From a bacterium (GTDB taxonomy: Bacteria > Patescibacteriota > Microgenomatia > UBA1400 > PJMF01), in contig JAFRKQ010000015.1 in NCBI GenBank assembly GCA_017431625.1, positions 17,608 to 81,607 on the forward strand: 64,000 bases of DNA. The letters run 5' to 3'. The first letter of the stretch is position 1. Each line of letters starts with the position of its first letter. The position numbers and the translations under genes were made by a program. Shown here piece after piece: positions 63,649 to 64,000 of this stretch. Below the pieces are notes generated by a model, which searched no databases, was not told the origin of the DNA, and saw only the letters and a list, made by a program, of their open reading frames with translations.

Positions 63649-64000
63649 CGTTTTTTCTAGTTGGACTAATATGCGTCGGACTCCTTACCAGAGTTTGACG
63701 GCGCTTTTTGTGGTCATTGCCACTTTCTTTTTGTTGTATGTATTGACGGATCTTTTGTATATTGGCAATCGGGTTTTGAGTTATTTTGAAACGCAACCAG
63801 AAATTGTAGTTTTTTTTGATGTCAGTGTTAGCGACGCGCAAGCCACGGCCGCAGCCGACTTGGTACGCGCTTTGGATTATGTTGACGAGGTGACGGTAGT
63901 GGGTAAAAATGACGCTTTCGAGACTTATAAACAGGAAAACCAGGATGAACCACTGCTTTTGGGTTTGCTTAGTAGTGATCTTTTCCCCGTGAGTATGAGT
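63641..64000 (+). CDS. ftsX: Cell-division permease FtsX, N-terminal fragment (continues past window end)
   Basis: ATG overlaps ftsE stop; MSNVFSSWTNMRRTPYQSLTALFVVIATFFLLYVL... typical FtsX N-terminal TM and periplasmic domain start. Confidence 0.75.
   Translation, partial: MSNVFSSWTNMRRTPYQSLTALFVVIATFFLLYVLTDLLYIGNRVLSYFETQPEIVVFFDVSVSDAQATAAADLVRALDYVDEVTVVGKNDAFETYKQENQDEPLLLGLLSSDLFPVSMS

Noticed and set aside
1-64000. Alternative genetic code (UGA=Gly, code 25) as in some CPR lineages
   Set aside because: TGA terminates several conserved genes at the expected length (e.g. rpsS at 476-478, sufS, paralog A), so standard code 11 applies.

Overview
This 64 kb window most likely comes from a small-genome, monoderm Patescibacteria/CPR-type bacterium (Saccharibacteria-like). 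That placement is inference from three things: the ribosomal operon lacks uL30, type IV pilin genes are present, and many envelope proteins are single-pass membrane proteins. The genetic code is standard, with TGA used as a stop. No rRNA, IS element, phage gene or CRISPR array was found. The main candidate for a previously undescribed system is an operon of two type IV pilin-like genes followed by a tandem triplet of paralogous membrane proteins (12.7-18.3 kb); the rest of this paragraph walks the window in map order. The window opens with a ribosomal-protein operon running from the end of rplB through rpsS-rplV-rpsC-rplP-rpmC-rpsQ-rplN-rplX-rplE-rpsN-rpsH-rplF-rplR-rpsE to rplO. It stops at a strong terminator and is followed by rmuC rather than secY. 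On the minus strand come a metallophosphoesterase, gpsA, a hypothetical gene and recQ, with a minimal RNase P RNA candidate between the last two. The pilin-paralog operon follows. After it come tyrS and pheS on the minus strand, two hypothetical genes, an FNR-like oxidoreductase and tRNA-Val. A DHH phosphoesterase, a HIT protein, rpmE, prfA and a YibE/F membrane protein sit on the plus strand. An IspD/TarI-like cytidylyltransferase is divergent from a DnaJ/CbpA-like chaperone. Several membrane and surface proteins of unknown function occupy 29.4-37.2 kb, one of them with a LytR_C domain; a HAD hydrolase and yraN overlapping rplS sit among them. trxB, pyrG and tRNA-Asp follow, then a glycine-rich surface protein and Hsp20. 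A glycosylation cluster encodes a Wzy_C/O-antigen-ligase-like protein, an ArnT/PMT-like GT-C enzyme, a GT4 and a GT2. recF, a DUF192 gene, manA, pyk and lon come next. The SUF operon sufCBDSU, a DUF218 membrane protein, glf, tRNA-Glu, ftsE and the start of ftsX close the window. Several non-coding features stand out. Four copies of a structured intergenic repeat are built from ATTATAGGAT/ATCCTATAAT boxes. There are a GC-rich palindromic terminator-like repeat family and a duplicated composite X/Y repeat. CIRCE-like inverted repeats sit upstream of the dnaJ-like gene, hsp20 and lon. Leaderless promoter architecture is pervasive, and a conserved AATTGCCTC extension of the -35 occurs at envelope-gene promoters. 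Ribosomal proteins S5 and L31 carry long Lys/Ala-rich C-terminal tails.
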